From an uncultured Nitrososphaerota archaeon (GTDB lineage Archaea; Thermoproteota; EX4484-205; JAAOZP01): DNA of 64,000 bases. Below, one piece after another: positions 60,890 to 64,000 of this stretch (the first letter of the stretch is position 1; every line of letters begins with the position of its first letter). The notes beneath the pieces were generated by a model. The model searched no databases and had not been told where the DNA came from. It saw only the letters and a program-made list of their open reading frames with translations. The position numbers and the translations under genes were made by a program. Location of the stretch: the NCBI GenBank assembly GCA_964416155.1, contig CAYQCW010000004.1:92044-156043 (forward strand), written 5' to 3'.

Positions 60890-61109
60890 GCAGTATCTCT
60901 TTCTCCGTCAGCCTAGCTGCATAAAGCAAGGCAGCCTTAATATCCTCTAGGGAAAGCTCGGGGTACTCTTTAACTATTTCCTCAGGCTTCATGCCGCTTG
61001 CTACAAGCTCGAGTATTAAGGCCACCGGGATTCTAGTACCCTTAATAACCGGTTTCCCGCCCAGCTTCTCTGCATCGACCTCAATCCTGTCGAGGAAAGG
61101 CTCAACCAT
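60876..61109 (-). CDS. DUF433 antitoxin
   Basis: GGKPVIKGTRIPV...EYPELSLEDIKAALLYA; overlaps the toxin gene. Confidence 0.92.
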   Translation of the reverse strand: MVEPFLDRIEVDAEKLGGKPVIKGTRIPVALILELVASGMKPEEIVKEYPELSLEDIKAALLYAARLTEKEILLALE

Positions 61110-61622
61110 TCTTTAACCCAATACTTTTATACAGGCTTAACCTACTTAAACCTTTCAATAAGAACCATTTTTTCAAGAACGAGGTAAGACAAATAATATG
61201 CTTATCTATTGTGTGATAATTAGCCAAAAATTAGTCAAAATGGAAACCAGCTTTCTTAGCTTATCAGGGGTAGGGTTTCCTCTGAATCTACTTCAAACAA
61301 AAATATTGTCTTTCTAACAGCGCGCGATCATCTAATTAACAATCCTTTCTGGATCAGCTCAGCCATAAGCTTGTTAACAGCCTCAGCAGTCTGCTTCTGA
61401 GTAAAAGGATTAAAGGCTTTGGAAGGATTCCTATTGAGCCTAATTACAAGCGAACTTACTGATGTTCACATTCTGGAAATAACTGAAGCGATAATGATTA
61501 AGCTCCAAGAGTTGAATGAGCTTTGGATGAGTATAATAGGGGTATCCTCTTCTTCGCCATTCTATCAGGCTTTCGTTTTTTCTATAAATCATCCACATCC
61601 AAAATCTCTATGGCGGAAGATT

Positions 61623-62130
61623 TGACACTATTTTTGTCTTGGACAAACAGTATCTTTCTCTTCGAAGATATCTTAGCGAGATTTTTTCGGTTTTCTTAAT
61701 GTCTTGACCATTAATTTTTTCCCCACTTTATTTCTAAGGCGATTTCTGGCTTTTTAAATTTCAACAAGCAACCATCTACATCAAAATCTTTTGCTTCGAT
61801 TATGCTTTCTCTTATTCCATATTTTTCAGCAAAAAATTCTCTCACGTTATCTTCAACTATTCTCGGCATCAACTCGTCGATAATTCTTAAAATCTCTTTC
61901 CCACTTACCTTTCTCTCGGACAAATTATATTTTTCATCAGCATAATAATAGATTCTTGCTAACGGCGAAGTAAGTTTATAGACGAACTTCCTTTTATTGA
62001 AAACCTCTATCCTTTTGATCAACCCAAAAGATGTTAAATTATTCAAATACGGCTGAATAATGCTGGCGTCTTCTTTTTTGATTAGTTTTTTAAAAAACAA
62101 ATAACTTGCTATTTCTCCGGAAACTATGTT
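61623..62130 (-). pseudogene. C-terminal remnant of an archaeal ATPase/restriction-endonuclease-fold protein
   Basis: AT-rich; winged-helix segment YLNNL..FGLIKR and a DVD...ALEIKW nuclease-like tail; N-terminus absent. Confidence 0.6.
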
Positions 62131-62512
62131 GTTAACATGTGAAATACAGTTTCCAAACGCTTAACTATAACTAAAAAGGCAGCTTAAGCGTGAGCTGGGA
62201 GAGAACGCTTAGAGAACTGACTGGGAGTCTACCTCAGATGATAGAGTTTTGCGTCATAACGTAGCATACATGTCTGCGCATAGGGTGTTTAAAAACAAGG
62301 GTTGGGCGGTTAATAGACATTTCAGCTCGTTCGACTCAGTCTCCTCGAACGATATTTTGACCGGCTCGTCTTCTAGATCCGATGCATAAATATATGGGAC
62401 CAAGAACAGTCTGCCATTCTTGTCAAATTACCTGATTATCGGGCTTTGCAACATTTATACTCACCACTTGCCGCTTGCAAACACGCTTAGGTTTTTAAAT
62501 TTATCTTGAGGT

Positions 62513-64000
62513 TTAGAAGGGTAAGACCCACATCGACTTCTGGATTACAGCGATCGCCGTTGCTATTGCCACTACAATGCCTTCGCCCAATGTAAGGCCT
62601 GCAGCTGCTACCGCTTTGTTACGCTCCCACCAGTCCTCGCCCCCGAGCCGCCTCAAAACCAGCCCGACAATGCCTCCAATTAAAATTGTTGTGGAGCCCC
62701 ATATGGGGCTTGTTGCCCCAACTGCGAACGCCATGACGGAGAACGGAATATGTAGAAGCTCGAAGACGAAGTATGCGACTGAGGCTAGACCGAATGACTC
62801 CAGAATCACCAAGGGATTGAATAAGGCTAAGGACTTAGAGGCCCATAGAGAGAACCATTGCGCGTTAACCGGGAATTGCACGTTTGTATAGGGGTAGGTT
62901 GATGATGGAATAGGCGCTATGTTCCATAAAGCTTGTGTAAACAGGATGCCTAAAATAGTGGCCAAGGGAAAAGTAAAGAAGTATGCTTTCACGTAGCTGG
63001 ATATGGAGGTGCCTGTCAACTCGCATATCTTGAAGTTTTGACACCAGCCAGCACCATAGTTTGTCGTCACTAGATAACTGCTTGCAAACCAGATTTGCGG
63101 ATTCGTTGAGAAAACAGTAAAGAGTCCTGGCGTAACATAGAGGGAATTCATATCTAGTGAAACCCCGATCTCACCAAGGGACCTTGCACTTATCAGGTTG
63201 ATTAGGAATACCCAGATCACGCTGATGAACAATAAAATTGCTAAAGGAAAGCTCGGGTCCAGTAGGTAAACCAATATCGCTGAACCAGCAGTGGCCAATA
63301 TGTAGATCGCGATTAAAGAGTAGAACGACATTCCGGTCTCGCTTCTCCTCATCGCGTAGACTGCGCGGAGACCACGGATCAAAGTCTTAGGTCTTCTTAA
63401 AACAGGAATAAGACCTCCTGCTAAAGCCAATCCTATTAATACACTGGCCCAGACATACATATTTGAGCGCACATATGTCTCTTGAGCTTGCATTCCGAAG
63501 ACCCAGTCCTTGAAAAGCCCTCTGGTGATGTCCAATGGGCTCTCCGGACTGGTCAGCCAGTTGCCCAGAAAATACAGTGAGAACGAACCGATAAACATAC
63601 TTACTACTGCTGTGAAAGGCATTATAAGACCGTAACTCAAGGGTATGATGTCGGTCGCTATAGCCAGAGAGGCTCCGGGCATTAGCTTTTCAACGAACCT
63701 TGTGAGGTCTATCCAAGGATATGGCACGAGTGAGAACCCGTATACTATTATTGGTACAAAAACCAGTATGCTGTAAAACTGGCCTATAGCTGCGGACAGT
63801 ATGAGCGTCCGCATCATATCTGGCGGTCTCTCCGATAAGGCTAGGCTTGTGTCTGCACCCACTCTGGCCATGGGGAAGGGCAGGTTTTCGGTGACAACAT
63901 ATATGTGTCTGCAAATGTAACCCATAGTTAAGTCTGTCAACCTCCAGAGAAGCCAACCCTAATGCAATAAGAATGATTAATCCTACTATAGTCTGGGGCG
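62513..64000 (-). CDS. OPT-superfamily oligopeptide-transporter-like membrane protein (5' partial, apparent frameshift near 63955)
   Basis: ENLPFP, many TM helices, PIPSSTYP, AAGLTLGEG. Upstream PQTIVGLIILIALG lies in another frame. Confidence 0.75.

Noticed and set aside
1-64000. CRISPR array, rRNA, integrase/provirus, and the many short antisense ORFs
   Set aside because: I saw no regularly spaced repeats, rRNA or integrase motifs. The antisense ORFs overlap well-supported genes and lack motifs.

Overview
A gene-dense chromosomal segment from an archaeon, inferred to be TACK/Thermoproteota-like from TFB, archaeal ppcA, Hjc, EndoQ, TrmI, two apgM genes and an intron-containing tRNA-Ala. It has about 45 intact CDSs: housekeeping genes (rps10, mdh, mtnP, rtcB, carB, rqcH/NFACT, tfb), glycoside hydrolases, transporters and a DUF433/DUF5615 toxin-antitoxin pair. 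More than ten decayed gene fragments and a TnpB/IS200-IS605 remnant lie between them. The main non-coding highlight is a ~340-nt, strongly structured region upstream of endoQ (38899-39241) that matches no RNA class I can recognise. The others are a fluoride (crcB) riboswitch in front of two genes of unknown function and a structured rtcB leader. Further points of interest are a GTP-PEPCK remnant beside ppcA, an orphan PqqD/RRE operon, an EMC6/Rab5ip-like membrane protein, and catalytically altered GH3 and M24 proteins. All family calls come from motif recognition by eye; no searches were run.
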